A stretch of DNA of 64,000 bases from Vicugna vicugna (taxonomy: Eukaryota), in NCBI GenBank assembly GCA_013265495.1, contig MU058687.1, positions 4,028,093 through 4,092,092 on the forward strand. Reading direction: 5' to 3'. Shown piece by piece: positions 25,086 through 39,649 of the stretch. The position numbers and the translations under genes are program-made. Numbering within the stretch: the stretch's first letter is position 1; each line of letters opens with the position of its first letter. Below the pieces are notes generated by a model. That model saw only the letters and a list, made by a program, of their open reading frames with translations. It ran no database searches and was not told the origin of the DNA.

Positions 25086-27019
25086 TTCCTCAACTCTCCA
25101 AGAGATACCAAACAAGTTAAGCGTCTCCATCAGTTTGGGAGGGATTGTGATTTGGAAGTTCTAATCTTTCTCTCAACTTCAGAAGGACCTCCCAGTATTT
25201 TTAAGGGATGTTTAACTCCTTTGAGTTACAAGCTATCAGAGTAAGGAAGAACGTGGGCTCAGACTGAATCTGAGTCGTGTTCAGTCTGCTGCCAGAACTT
25301 GAAAGGCAGAAAACTGGCAACATTCAGAGCATGAGGAGATTTTTTTTTGGAGCACTGTTTGCTCTTACATGGTCCCCTAGTCATACGAAGCACCGAGGGA
25401 AATTTCTGTATGTTTTCCGGATGAGCAACATGAAGAAATAAGACACTTAGTATTTTCCTTTCCTCAATAAAATCTTAAGTGTTGACTTCACTAATGATAT
25501 ATTTCCCTAATTTAGTCATGTTAAGCTGAAATCTACCTTTTAACATTGTGGGTTGGGTGTAGGAACAATAAAACAAAATGAGAAAGTGGTGATTCTGTTC
25601 TGCGGGGTCAAGTCAATAAATTAGTACCAGTCCTCAGTGCTTCAGGGAAGTTACTTGTATTCAAGTAATAAATGTACTAATTACAAAAGAATATCCATTT
25701 TTAAGTCTCTTGCAAAATTCTCACATGCATATAGCAGAGATCTTTCTTCCTCTATATCCTTGAAGATGATAATAAATCAACATTTCTCTCAAAAAGCATT
25801 TATTAATTTTTAATTTAATCATACTGATCTTTCTTCCAATTAGGAGGAGTTACTGAGATTTTATTCTGTTAAATTGTGCGTAAGCACTGTTGTCCTTGCT
25901 TGAATAATTAGCTTTTACCTCAGTGCCCTCTGTTTTGGTTGATGCATTTGCTCGCTTGCATCAATTATTTGGGATAGCTTTTAAAAAGCCGCCACTTTTG
26001 AGTGAGGTGGGCTGATCTCTGAAATGAATTTGGACAGTTTGACACATGTGACAGTGAGTTTGGCACTGTATGAGTGGTAGACTCTTGCAGATTTAAGTAC
26101 AGAGTGTATACTTACAGCCTATTAGATCTAAAACATTGGTTCTCTGAGATTAGACTTCTCTGGTTAGCAATAAAAAGTCATCTTGTAATTTAAAATTAAG
26201 GGATGGAATGGGGTGTAGGTGGGTCAACACTCTGTGGTCCCTTAGAGTGAATAATTGCTTCAGAAATTTGCAGCATCCCCCTCTCTCCACACACACAGTA
26301 GATCCCTTGAACAACCTTTCAAGTAGCATCCGCTACCCTCAGTTCTCACCCAAGACAAAACCCACGTGTGACTTGGGACAACAGACATGTTTCAAAGCGA
26401 TGGCAGAAGTGTTGAAAGGATACATTGATACATCTCATATCACTTTCTACAGGCCTCCCGTTCTGTGATGGTTTCTGGAGCTGAAGTACTTTATCATGGA
26501 CAGTTCAGCTGATCCTGCAGAACCCTTTCACTATGGCCAGAGAACACACCTGGGAGTTTGGGGCTGGGAAATCCCTCAGAGGATGTTTCTCTCTTCCTTT
26601 TGGTCCCATAATGCAATCTTGAGCTTTGGGAAAGAATCCGAGGAAAACTGAACAGTCTTCCGTTGACTTCTACTGACTTCCACGGGTTCTTATAGCTTAT
26701 AATCAACTCTGCTTCTTAAAGTATACAAAGAACCCCCCGCCCCGGTCGCATGAGTGCAAGGTGATTTGGGCACAAAGCAGGGAAGGCCCTCGGAGTTATT
26801 AGCAAGTCTTCCTCCTCTGCCAAGGCTGTAGGCTAGCAAGGTTTGGGTGAGAGATGTTCTGCACCGTGTATTTCTTGATCTTTACATGTTTTTATTTTTA
26901 AAATTGTGCAAAGCAGAAACTCTGTCTTTGTAATTGTTATCCTTTTGCATTAGCTTCTTTGAAGTAACTGATACGGCTTGTTTTAAGATTTAAAGTGTAA
27001 TTTTTTTGGTAGGCTGCTA

Positions 27020-27270
27020 ATAGTAAGCATTGCCATTTATTAATTACTTACTTGTGAGCCCAGCACAGTGCTAAAGGCTTTCCTTGCATTATGTCCTTTA
27101 GTCTCCACGACGAGCCTATGAATTACAAATTATTATTTCTTCTAATTTGCAGATGAGTAGACTCAGGCTTAAAGAGGTTAGATAATTTGCTGAAAAATCA
27201 GGTAACTCCTCAGGAAAGATGGGATTCGGTCTGACTCCAAAGCTTGAGCAATGTTTCAGCACTGACTTCC
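27020..27270 (-). mobile_element. MIR SINE
   Basis: catttatt...cagcacagtgctaaaggctttcc...atttgcagatgagtagactcaggcttaaagaggttagataatttgc...ctgactccaaagc. Confidence 0.8.
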
Positions 27271-28154
27271 TTTATATAGTCCGTGTGTTAACTTAGTGTT
27301 TTCCTTACTCCTGGACTACAGAACTCAGCTTTCATGAGAATTTGTGGTTCTGACCTCTGAAATTCTTCAGTAGCCTTGATTATTAGCCCTGCTTTCTTCC
27401 AAGTAGAGAGGAAAAGTTGTTTTAAAATGGGTGACTTTTTACTTAAGAAAGGTCTTTGGCTGTCTCTAACGTGTGAAAAATTCTTTTTGTCCTCCAACAT
27501 GTGATGATTCTCACCAAAGTGTCAGTTGACTTGTTTGCTGACATGTTTTGGCCCCCCTCTCTTTAGGCAGGGAGCCTAAAGGACTGGCCATGGTGGATCC
27601 CATGTCCCACACTAGCACACCTGCCCTGCTCACAGTGCAACTAGGGAAATAATCAGGACATGATTGGAAAGGAGGTTCCTGATTATGGGACTGGGCACCC
27701 AATGGACACATAATGAATCCTTGATTGTTGTGCCCTTTCCTTGGCTTTCAGCCCAATGTAGACTTTCTCTGGGCTGTGGTTCTGAGCTGACACCTGTGGA
27801 TTTGTTTTGCATATGTAGCTGGTAGTCAGAATTCTTCCTCTACCTCAGATGGAGGGAGGGTGAACGTTCTGCACAGTCAGAATTGGCAGTTGCTAGGAGA
27901 CGGGATTTGAGGGACTCCATGGATTCCTCCCAGCCAAAAAAAAAAAAAAAAAAAACCAGTCCTTCTGATGCTTGAAATACCTCAGTTATGGCTTGATTTC
28001 ACAGGATTGAGCAATGCCCCTTCCTTAAAGAAACGCAAATTCTTCTCACATGAGGAGGTAACTGTTTATGTCCTAACCTTATACTCTTTGGTGCCCCAAA
28101 TGGGTATTAATCTAAGTAAGATGTATTATGCTTTGTCAAGGAAGGTTAGGGTTG

Positions 28155-28172
28155 TGTTCTTTTTTTTCTTTC

Positions 28173-28203
<31 letters not shown>

Positions 28204-28222
28204 TTTTTTTATCTTTTTTTTT
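28155..28222. repeat. T-rich low-complexity / poly(T) tract
   Basis: About 65 nt of T with scattered C. Confidence 0.8.
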
Positions 28223-31200
28223 TATGGGCTCTGGGTTGTTATTAGTGTAGCTTTGATTGATAGAGGACCAGGGATGCTAATATCCCATGCCAAAGGAAGG
28301 TCACTGGCAACCTCTTTGCGTTGTCCAGGAAGGCAGGCACCTTGTGAACTTAGCCTGGATTGCCTGTGTGTGGCAGGGACTCGGACAAAGAAGTCCCTGC
28401 ACACAGGAGCTGAACGGGAGCTTCTCTCACCTCCAGAGCCGTGAGACATAGGAAGTGAAGAAGAAATGATTCTGGACAGTCAGCCACAGCTTTAGAACTT
28501 ACTCAGCCTGGGTCCCTGGGAGGCCGAGGTGGGCTTTGAGGCTTCAGATGAGGCATCAAGTGATTGATCTCACTCCATGTATGCATGAGGGGTTGAGGTT
28601 ACCAGTGAGGCAGTGCTGGGCAGTGGTGAAGAGTGAAGGCTTTTGGGTCAGCGCAACCTGGTTGTGAGCCCTAGTGCTGAGGGCTCACGTGGACAGATTA
28701 CAAAGCCTCAGCCCTCATGTCTGTGGAACATAGACTGTGACAGTGCTGACCCCGCAGAGTTGTGATAGAACAGACAGGGAGGTGAGCAGGTGCTCTGCAC
28801 GTGCCCCGCCCTCCGGAACCAGTCACTGCTGTGACTATAAAACAGTGCAGCCCTACGGCCAGTGAGAAGCCACATTGAAGGGAACGAACCACTTGGAGTC
28901 CCTGCACCCCAGGAAGCGCTTAGAGCCCTGGGAGGAGGAACTAGACCTGGAGCAACACTCAACTTCTCTCAGATTCACCTGCCTTTTTATAGCTTGTTAG
29001 ATGATGACTTCTAACCAGAGTGTGTGGTTCTCCTTCACCTCTGAAGGCAAAGAGATAACTCACATCGAGGGAGTGGCCTAACCACGGAGGAGTTGAGCCC
29101 CAGCTGTGCCTGAAAAAGCACTGCTGTCTGCATAGCTCGTGCCATATTCAATGTGGACAGAGAAATAACATGCGGTTCTCACAGCTCTGTAGGGAGCAGT
29201 CATCGTGGGTGCTTCCTAAACTGTCCAGAGTTAAAGGGATGAGTCATTATTTTTCCCCTTCAAAACCAGTATTAAAACTTAAAAAAAAAGAAAAAGAATT
29301 CTCTTTTGCCTTTAGACATGTGTATTTGTCAATTCAGTTGCAGAACACTGAAAGTGCTCTGACCTCTCTATGGATGGATATATATATCCGTCTCCCCAAA
29401 TACGGCCTAAGTCAATGTCAGACAAAAGTTATCCATGTATTTCAGATGAAATGGGAAAGGGATGCTGTTTGCCTGGCGGGAGTGACACAAGGAGTGGGTT
29501 CGTGGCGCCTTCAGAAGGCCTTGAAGGGTAGGTCTGGTGCTGCTGCTGCTGAGTTGGGGGCTCACTGTGTTATTGAGACAAGGAATTAGCAATAGAGCCA
29601 CTGTTTCGGAGAGCACCAGAACCACTTGGAATGCTTGTCAGGACTCACGGAGAGCGGAGAGGCGTCTTATATATCACCAGCTACTGCATGCCATAGCTGC
29701 TTCTTTTCTTGCCCTCTTTATTTTGCCTCACCAGCATGGCTCTCAGATTTATTAACAGCCTTTTCATGACTTCTGCAGCCATCAGGAAGAGAAATAAAGA
29801 GGACTGGGAGAATCTAATCTTCTTGTGCTTGTCCCTCTTTACTGTCTTGGTTTATCTTTTGTCCCCCCCCCTTTTTTTTTCTTTTCTTTAAAAAAAAATT
29901 CTGTGTTGCTGCTCTGCATTAGGCTTGAGTTTCTTTCCCCCTCCTCCCTCCTCTTTTACTGCTTTTAATTGTTTTGGTGCTTTTGTTCTTCCCTCGACTT
30001 GAGCAGGGTGGGAAAGGTCAGCTGTCAGAAGAGGGGCTGTACACTGCTGATAAGGCTTTCGGGAGATTGCACTGGAGTCATTAAGCAGCATTCCTTCCCT
30101 AAGTCATCGAGGCTTCACTGCCACAGAGGGAGAGAAAAGGAAGCTGAGAGAGTAGAAGAGGTAACTCACATCGAGAGAGTGGCTTAGCCATGCAAGCTCT
30201 GAAAAACACACTTACCCAGAGCCCTTCTCCAGGGACAGACGCTGTCCAGTGCCAGCTCTGGTGACTCTGGGACATTGACATAAATGTGCATCTGAATGAG
30301 ACACACATGCAGAAAACCTTGGAGAAAAGACTCAAGGAGGAATTTGGCATCCAGCATCCTGGAGATCAAACATCTGAAGTTGTCCCTTCAGTTATTGGGT
30401 TCCTGTGTCCACCCCATAGTTATTTTGCAACTAACTCACTTACATGAAAATCAGAATACCTGGGTTCCAGTCTTGGCTCTATTGCTAATTCCTTTGGACA
30501 AACACTGAACTATGCTAGGCTTGTAAAAAGAAGTAAAAAACGTGATTTTTTTCAAAGTACCTTCCATCGATAATGGCTAGATTTTACCTTACCAACTCTA
30601 CCTGCCATGTAGAAGTGAGACACATATCCTTCCTCAGACATGGATGTGGAAACTGGTTGATTCCTTTTTCCTTAAGTGCCTTGAGGTAAATCTAAAGTCG
30701 AGTTCTTGGAATTCACCCATATAGCCTTTCCACCAGGAAATTCATGATGAAATACTATAGAACTTTTGAAGAAATGGTGGATATCTTCTGGAATTAAAAA
30801 AAGGGGATAAATTCTATGGATAATAATACCATCCAGTTGCATGATTCTTTATGTGTTTTCAAAACTCATTTCCACTTGAGAATGACCTGGCTTGAGGATT
30901 CTCTCTACCTTAGCCTACCCTAGAAATGTGACATGCTGTTTCCACTCTCCACCTACCACCTGAGAAGTGCTCTCAAAACATGGTAGTTGAATGGTTGGAT
31001 AAGTGATTGAGTGAGTGAGTGATTTAAAGGCTTCAGATAACACATAGTCAAGACTGTTTATTTGACTCTCATGGGTGCCATGCACAGTAGTGATTGGATA
31101 CAGTTAGGAGTTTGGGTAGATATGGTCATGAAGGGTGTATAATCAGGTTATACTGGTTGGTCTGCTGTCTTTCTATAGAAACCAAAAGGAAAATGACTAG

Positions 31201-31323
31201 AGCCCAGCCAGCTTGAGATAGTCGTTGAAGAGGGTTGCTGTCCCGACTGGCAAACACAGAGACCCTGGAAGATCACACAGTGGGTTGCTTTACTCCTGAT
31301 CTCAGGAGAGTGGTTCTTATATG

Positions 31324-32005
31324 AAACCTAACTTTTTGTAAAAAAAATTTATGTATAGCTGATGTACAATATTATATAAGTTACAGGTGTACAATAACAG
31401 GTGTACAATACAGTGATTAATAATTTTTAAAGGTTATACTCCATGTATAGTTATTATAAAATGTTGGCTATACTCCCTGTGTTGTAGAACATAGCCTTGT
31501 AGTTTATTATACATAATAGTTTCTACCTCTTAATCCCCTCCCCCTTTATTATCTCTCCCTCCTTCCCTTTCCCCATTGGTAAATGTCTCTATGTCTGCGA
31601 GTCTGCTTCTTTTTTGTTATATTCACTAGTTTGTTGTATTTTTTAGATTCTACATATAAGCGATATCATACAGTATTTATCTTTCTTTGTCTGGCTTATT
31701 TTGCTGATCATAATACCCTCCAAATCCATCCATGTTATTGCAAATGGCAAAATTTCATTTTTAATGGCTAAGTAGTATTCCATGATATGTACACACCACA
31801 TCTTCTTTATCCATTTATCTGTTGATGGACAGTTAAGTTGCTTCCATATCTTGACTATTGTAAATAATGCTTCCATGAATGTTGGGGTGCATGTTATCTT
31901 TTTGAATTAGTGCTTTTTCCACCCAGGAGTGGAATCGCTGGGTCACATGGTTGTTCTGTTTTTAGTTTTTTGGGAAACCTCCATACTGTACAAAATCTAA
32001 CTCTT
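31324..32005 (-). mobile_element. 5'-truncated L1 (ORF2 C-terminus plus 3' UTR) with degenerate 13-bp TSD
   Basis: ORF 31643-31876 (-) gives ALFTIVKIWKQLNCPSTDKWIKKMW...MEYYLAIKNEILPFAITWMDLEGIMISKISQ, the L1 ORF2 C-terminus. Flanked by AAACCTAACTTTT and AAATCTAACTCTT. Confidence 0.9.
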
Positions 32006-32094
32006 GTTGCAGTTAGAGGGAGCAATGAGATTGAAGTTAGACCTAAATCTAGCCTCATTGTAAATTCCTTCATTGTTAGTTATTGTTACACTAA

Positions 32095-32415
32095 TTGAAT
32101 AGCCTTGAGCCTGTAAATCTCAGCTTCCCCCCTTGAAAGCTGCAGATAATAATACCTGAGTAGATTGTTGTGAGGATGTTGTGAAATGTCATCTGCATAA
32201 TAGTAAGCCGGAGCTGAAGCCCCTGAGCACAGTAAGCTTCAAAAATGGTAGTTGGCATCATCGCCGTCACTTGCATCTCAGGGACCGTGGACCTTTCCTG
32301 ATTTGTAAAACAGTGGTAATGCCTACTCTTAAGGTCACTGTAAGGTTGAGAAGACAGTATTTGCAAAGGACCTCACTGTACCAGGCACACAGAACAGGAA
32401 CAGTAAGTACTAGCT
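32095..32415 (+). mobile_element. Two tandem MIR fragments
   Basis: ctcagcttcccc...ataataatacct...gttgtgaggat and tttcctgatttgtaaaacagtggtaatgcctac...caggcacacag. Confidence 0.6.
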
Positions 32416-33149
32416 TCTTTCCTTCTCTTTTCTTTGGTGATGTCTTCTTACTTTTCCATTTCAGCTGGGAGCAGCAGGGCACTATTTTGTAAAGTGGCCC
32501 AGTATCATTGAGGGAAGTTCCAAAGACCCCAGGAGGGGGGTGGTCTTAGCTGGTTGAAGTGTGGGTCGTAGGGTAGCTGAGAGGTGAAGGAAGAAGGAGG
32601 GGCACTTGGGGACAAACCTGAGTGTACAGAGGCTGTGATTCTGAAGCTTTTGTAAAGTTTCTGCCTCTTCCTGAAGTTAGCCTAGTAATCCCCGAAGGAA
32701 TGCTACTGTTTGCATAAGTCATTCCATACACCCTAATTAGTTACTTATAATACAGAAGACACTCATGATCCCAAATTCAAACAATAGGAAGCTAAAGCTG
32801 TTTATTTGTGGTGGTGTACAATGATGATTGATGGTGAGCTAGGTGGCTCTGAGGCCCCATGAAATCTCAAAGAGCTTTTGAATCCTCAAAGGAAGTCCGG
32901 GTTATTCTTAGGATGGCTTTAAAGTTCTAAAATATAATATACCACAGCAATGAATACGTTACTTATACTGTTAGTGTGATCATTTGTTCTTCAAAAATCA
33001 GAATGTCAGTATTTTGAAATGGGTAGGCATTCATCGCTAACAAAAGCATCCAATTAATTCAAGCCCCTTTCTTTGCTCAAATTGTAGGTAATTGAGAGTT
33101 TTTATTTTATCTGCTTTTTGTTTTTTTAACTTCCAACATGTGACTCATG

Positions 33150-33252
33150 TAGAGTCACCAATTATCCTAGTTTTCTAGGGATTGTTCCACTTTAAGTACT
33201 GGGACTGGGAGACTTCTCAGTCCCAGGCAAATTGGGATAGTTAGGCACCCCA
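33150..33252. mobile_element. MER94/MER81-like hAT-Blackjack MITE
   Basis: Imperfect terminal inverted repeats tagagtcaccaattatcctagttt ... aaattgggatagttaggcacccca; internal ctcagtcccaggcaaa. Confidence 0.65.
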
Positions 33253-34959
33253 TTTGAAGCACCTAGGAAACCCCCCTTTTCAGAGCACCATGTTTTGGCC
33301 ACACCTCACTGACAGCACACAAAGAAAAGATTCTCTGATTCAATGCTTTCTTCAAACTTTTGGATTTTGTTGACAAGTAACATTTTTATAGAAAAGGAAA
33401 GGGGCAAAATAGGGCTGATTACTTTTTATTTTGCCAATTGACAAATTTTATCTATTATCATCATTTTATAAAAGACAGGAAATTCTCAAAGGAGAAAGGA
33501 ATAGAATGAAAGTTCTATGTTTCCAGTGCCTAGCACAGTATTGGTATAGAGTAGATCCTACATAAATGTTTGTTGCATGAGTGAATATTGCATAAATTTA
33601 GCTTTTATTAAAAAATGTGTAACATTGTCTTTGTTTTCCTGATAGTGCTATAGATTGGTGAAAACTTTATCTGCGACCATTGTTTGGGAACCAATGGTTG
33701 AATCCCAGTCTGTGAACTGTAGAGCTTTTTGATGGCATTTTTTCATTGTAAATCATGATAATGACATTCTGCTGTCTATCTCAGTCACAAGTTGATTTTA
33801 TTTGGTGTGGTCAATCTCTCATGATATGATCACTCCTGAAGGGAGATAAGACCAAGTTTCGGGGTCTTTAGATCAGAGAATGAGATTCAAGTTCCTCTGA
33901 GACTTCAGCTGCCACTGCATCTGGATGCGTCTTTGCTGATATCTGCATGGAGATTTCACCATACCTGGCAGGAATGAGCCAGCAGTTATGCTTGTTTTCT
34001 TGTCTCGGATGGTGATTTTGTATGCCTTAAGTCACCTGGCTTTTCTTTGTTCCGATGCATTTGCCTACAAGGTGTGGTCAGCAGCCCTGACCAACCGGTG
34101 ATAACTGTGCAAATACCACAACCTGTCTAAGTCTGGGATCTCCTATGCGACCTCTTCATACCGTAGTTGGGATATACAAATCATTCCTTATTTTATCACA
34201 ACCCAAGGATAAACCATCACTTATCATTAATAAATCCTAACTATTACCTAATTTCTGGAGGAGGTTAAGATTTTTGTTTTATCGACATCATAGGAATTAT
34301 AAATGTCCATCATAAATGACTACATAAGCTACAAAATGAAACCAATTTGAGTCTCTGTTTCAGAGTCTTAAAGTCCCAGCTTTGTGTGCTTTTTTTAGTA
34401 ACAAGTCAAATAATTTTTCCTCCTCTGCAAGCCTTGAGCATACTTCTGACTGTACTCTCTAGTGTCCAGAGTACACCAGAACTCGAGAGTCCAGCTGTTT
34501 GGCCCTGGAGCTTCAGTGAGCTTGCTGGGGTGATGCAGCGTCTGTAAATGGTTTGTGAATCATCTGACCTAGAAGCAGATTTAGATTCAGTGCATCAGAA
34601 GGGGGTTTCCCTTTTATGCTCTTACAATTAAGGCTTTTTTTTTAGCACTTTTATATTTGCAATGTTGCAAACGTACAGAATTTTTATAATTTTTCCTATC
34701 ATTCTGATGATCTGTATTCATATCCCAAAGCATGTGGTTAATACATCTAAATTTTTGCTGAAAATGTACCCTTGTTGAGCAGAGATTCCTGTAAAAGCTG
34801 CAGAAGCATGCTTTACAAAATTAGATAATGTATGTGAAAGTGGAAAATGCAACATACGGTGCATGTATGTGTGTGTGCATATGCGTGTGTTTAAATTAAT
34901 TGTTCAGCTCCCACAGGAATACTGTCGATAGAAGTCTTTGCAAAAGATACCCAACCCTT

Positions 34960-35175
34960 GGTAGGAGACAGCATGATCTAATGGACAGCATACAGTGTTT
35001 AGAGAATGACTGGTTTGTATTTTGAATCTGCTTCTTACCAGCTGTGGTATTGTACATGTATTTCACCCCTTTTGAATGTCAGTTTTACCATCTGTAAAGT
35101 GGGGCTAGTAAAACTTTATTTCACAGGGTTTTTGTGAGAGTTAAATAAGAAACATACCAAGTATCCCAACAAAAA
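34960..35175 (+). mobile_element. MIR SINE
   Basis: gagacagcatgatctaatgga...cttaccagctgtg...tcagttttaccatctgtaaagtgggg...cacagggtttttgtgagagttaaata. Confidence 0.8.
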
Positions 35176-35412
35176 AAATGCTCCCCTTTCAGATGACATA
35201 TGAACACACAGGTATGTTACTTCTATTAATAATACATTGGTTCTAATAGTTAGTGTTTTGAATTCTTGTAGCTCAAATCACCAAAACAGGTCTTGGTTAA
35301 TTTTTGTCAAATACTATGTGTATGTTTGTTTATTGGGACCCTCTCTATATTAAAACCTGGAGCATAGTACAGGTTCAATAAATGTTAATTTCCTGACCTT
35401 TTTACACTGTGG

Positions 35413-35462
35413 CAAAACAAAAACAAAAACTAAAACAAAAACAAAACAAAACAAAACAAAAC
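35413..35462. repeat. (CAAAA)n microsatellite
   Basis: caaaacaaaaacaaaaactaaaacaaaaacaaaacaaaacaaaacaaaa. Confidence 0.85.
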
Positions 35463-36674
35463 TTTTACCTATTAAACTCTGCTAATAGTCTAGGATGAAG
35501 AAATGATGAAAGTGAAATAAACACTTTACTCTAGTTCTAAGCACGCTATTAGTACTATAATTGAATTTGCAATCACTGAAGATTTTCTCCTTTATTTAGG
35601 CTTCTTAAATTAGGTCACTGATTTGTAAGTCTGCCTTCATCTTAGAGAACTTTCCCTCCCCACCCTCCTTCAACATAACTCCATCCTCATCCACCCCCAG
35701 GTTTGGATCTTTTTGTTTGATTATGTTAGCCGTGGACATGGTCAGTCCCTTCTTGAGAGACCTGGGATGGTGTAGTTGTGATTTTTGTCAGAATCAGCCC
35801 CCATCTCCTCACTGGCACGTTTATTTCTGTGGGAGGAAAAGGAAATGCATACCTCACCATGAAAGAAGACACAGCCCAGGTTTCTAGGATTTGTACCTCC
35901 GCGTTGGCCAAGTTCCCCAGTTTGTGTCTCTGAACGGGGTTTTAATCACCTTGGCTCTAGTGCTCAGCACTGAAGCTTTAAGGGTGCTGCAGAAATGGTA
36001 GATTAGCCGCGTTTAACAAAATAGAAAGTTTTCATTGTGTCATAAAAAGCCTTATTGATCTTGTCCAGGCATTGACTCCCGGGCCTTTAAACCAGCCACT
36101 CTGTCTAGACTTGCAGGCTGGAGCCCACAGTGCTAATAAGGGAGGGCTGGGCTGCCTGCTGCTGGGGAGGCCAAAGGGATGGGCACCGATTCAGGTTTCT
36201 CGGTGGGGAGTTTCTTAAAGAACTAGGATGATTTTATTCCGTTGTCGGGAGGCTTGTCACATCCCCCAGACCCCACCCAGCCTTCTTCGACTCTGTGGAG
36301 CTATAACAAATGAAGGTGTCTTCTCTTCCCTCACGTCCACCAGCATTTCCCCCTTTGTCCCTAGGAAGCCGGGCTGAACTCTTTGATGCTGAGGTACTGG
36401 GCAGTGGGTCTCCAGAAGGAGTGGGGAAGGCAAGAGGGGGCAGGAGGAGAACGCTTGACTTTATAGAGTCATTGCAATCAATTCAACTGCATTTTGTTTC
36501 AATTTGGTCTTTATTTAACTCATTCTGGGGTATATGGGAGATTTTGAAAAGGTATGAAAAATTCTACCCACAAGATAGGTCGAGGAGTTGACATCTATGT
36601 GTAAAATAACTAAAGAATTGTTCAGATTTATTTGGTGATTAGGGGTTTTATCACAGTCGTCTGCAGAGACTTAA

Positions 36675-36900
36675 CTTTTTAAAAATGAATGAAATATTTC
36701 AAACGTAAGGTGGTATAGGCCCTATAGTAGAGGATTTTATAAACATTGGCTTAATTATCACCCATATTGAACAAATCTTAATGTTTTGCCAGTTTTGATT
36801 TATATCTTTAGATTTAGTCTTGTTTGAGTATCTCCCTGGTTTCATTTCTTCTCTCCCCCTCTAGAAGTGAACACTACCTGAAATGGATGGCTGGATTTTT
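36675..36900 (-). mobile_element. Old L1 (L1M-type) 3' fragment
   Basis: tgaaatatttcaaac...acaaatcttaatgttttgcca...ccctctagaagtgaacactacctgaaa; highly degenerate. Confidence 0.4.
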
Positions 36901-39299
36901 TTTTTTTTTAGAGGAAAAATGCATATTATTCTCCTTTATTTATCCAACCATTGATTTTGCTTTCTGTGTGAAAAGGTCAGTCATATCCCTTCCAAGCTAC
37001 ATATAGGAAGCACACATACACACATGTATACACATATATACAAATATTTATAAATAATAATTCTTATAAATATATACATATAAATATGAAAGATAGATAG
37101 GTAAACGGGTGGATGAAATTTAGTTTAAATTTCTAACTAAGCTTACCGATGACTGGGTTTTTTTTTTTTTCCTATTCTTGTTACATGTGAATAGAGCTGT
37201 ATATATGATTAACATTCATTGTGCATATGTATGCCTGTGTGTGTGTGTGTGTGTAAATTAGTGGAGGTAAGGTTTATTGTTTATATTCGTTATTTTCTGT
37301 ATTCTGGGCCAAATGAAGGAAATATTTGGTAAAAACCTTTAACACCTTATAATTCCCTGTTGACCACCCAAAAGAAACTTGGAAGTCTCTAGACATCCTT
37401 TCCTCTTTTTGCACCAGGAGCCATTTGAGCTGCTGAAATATCTTTGGGAAGTTTCACGTAACACCAAACTGTCTTGTTTTCTCTGGATGCTTAAAGGTGG
37501 AGAGTTTCACCAACAAGATGATGTGGATGTAGACATGTTGAGGTAGGAGGTAGATTAGGTCATCTTCCAAGGTGATGGTTTGTTATGGAGGAGCCCTAAC
37601 TTGTTTTCATCTTGGATGAAAAGAGAAATTTTACAGAAATAAGTATTTTTAAAGTCCATATGAGTTTAAAATCCATGTATTGCTTCTAAACATCTTAATG
37701 TCTGTTTAGGTTTTCCCAAATTCTATGAACCTTTCATCACATTCATACTCTTTTCTGAACGAGTATGTGTGGATATAGTGAGTATCTAATTTAGGTCGCA
37801 GTTAGGGTCAATGTATGTGATACTGTAAAAAAAAATCGTTTCAGATGATCTTTTTCCTACTTCAGAATCACTGTGGATATATTTCATTATTATTAATTTG
37901 GTTTGTATCAAAACTATAGTCCTCTCTCCTCTCCTGCTGTGTGTTGCTAGTAATTGTTTTGACCTCATCAAATCTGTAGAATATAGTCTCATGAGTCATT
38001 TGGTTTTCAAGTACAGTTCCCTTAGTTATTGTGTAACTTTGATAAAAGTTGCTGGTTGAAAAAAATTAAGCATGCAGATTATTCTTTTTGGACTGGGCCA
38101 AGGCTGAAAGGATATGTAAGTTTGTGGATGTGTGTATATTCTATAATGTTTTTCAAAAATGTCAAAACTCAATCTAAAACTTACCTCTAGGAAGGCAACC
38201 ATGGTTAAATTTTCACCATTCTGATCACCCAGACCCTTGGTGTAGCTTCAAAAGTGTGTCTTAGTAACACTGTGGCACAAATCGGCTTTAAAATTATTGA
38301 TATAATTGACATATTTACTTACCATTGACCTCATGTAGTTTCAGATATGCCTATTGTCATCCCAATCAGAGTGAAAGCAATCTAAGGACTAGTGGTCTGA
38401 GATGACAACTAACGACCGGAACATTCTGAATTAATTGAGGAACAGACACAAGAGTCAAATTGGCAGTCTGGTCAAGGATCCAAACATCAGCTCTGTGGCT
38501 GGTAGAGCTGAGTTAGAGAATGTGGTTTTGATCTGCAGTCTTACTGGGCTTCCTTGTAATTTTCCCCCTGAATTAAGCTCAGCTACTTAGCCAAAGGCAA
38601 AAGAGCTAGAAAACAAAAGGCCTTCATGTTTGGGGTGGTGTCTACTCTGACAGATCTTACTGCATGGGGCAGTCTAGAGGAGAACTCACAATCCTTGTAG
38701 GAAGGGCAGATCTGAAGGAGAGAGAAAGGCAAGTCACAGAAATAGTGACTGCCTGATTAAGAAATGCAGACCTATGGGTGTCAGATCCTTATTATATTGC
38801 TAAGCAGATGAGTCACGTCCCTCATTGGAGGAAATGAATGAGTAAAGGAGAGAAGGTTGAAGTGTTACTTGAGATGATTCCCTTCTGGAGAATGGTGAGG
38901 AAGTGCTTTCATGAAGTCATGGGGACAGGGAAATGGAGCTCCCTCTACAAGGTAGAGTGTACCATTTGTGCTCAATTATTATTTGATTGATACACAATTA
39001 AAGTGAAAGAATAGTAGTGAGAGAATCATAATTACAGTTTGGCTCATATGGATTTGGTGATTATGGGAAAATAAAATTTACAGCATATTACATAAATTAT
39101 TATGATTGGGCAGGCAGGCAGATGCAGCACAGTGGCCTCAGGCCAGGGTTTCTTAGCAGTATCCATCCTACCTTGGAAACGTCTCCTGGGATTCCCCTTC
39201 ACCTCTCTAGCCATTTGTCCACTCACTGGGCCCCCCTGACACAGCACAAGTATAATTGTGCCACTTACAAGCTGAAGGTCTCTTTTGCTGGTTCCCATC

Positions 39300-39645
39300 C
39301 CCAGTGGCCCAAGAAGATGACACCTAAGGCCCCGGCCTGCATCTTGAGCCTCACATACCTCCTTGACTGCTACTCTAGCCCCATTGAATATCTCACCATC
39401 CCCTGGATATCCTGTGCTTTTCTAATGACCACATCAGCGAATCCATTGTTTCTTCTAACTAGAACTTCATCCCTCCCTTTGTATGGTGAACTCTTACTCA
39501 TACTACAAGACACAGCTTAAATTTGCTCTCCTGCATGGAGCCTTCTCGAACACCCAGGGTCATTGTTTTCTTTTCCTATGTGCCCATATCACCTATTAAA
39601 CATTTACTACCCTTGCAATTACCCTTGCAATTTATGTGTGCATTC
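39300..39645 (+). mobile_element. L2 fragment
   Basis: ggtgaactcttactcatactacaagacacagcttaaa...ctcctgcatggagccttctc. Confidence 0.6.
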
Positions 39646-39649
39646 TCAA

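Noticed and set aside
27968..28444. 158-aa ORF with poly-Phe
   Set aside because: Crosses a poly(T) tract; no coding features.
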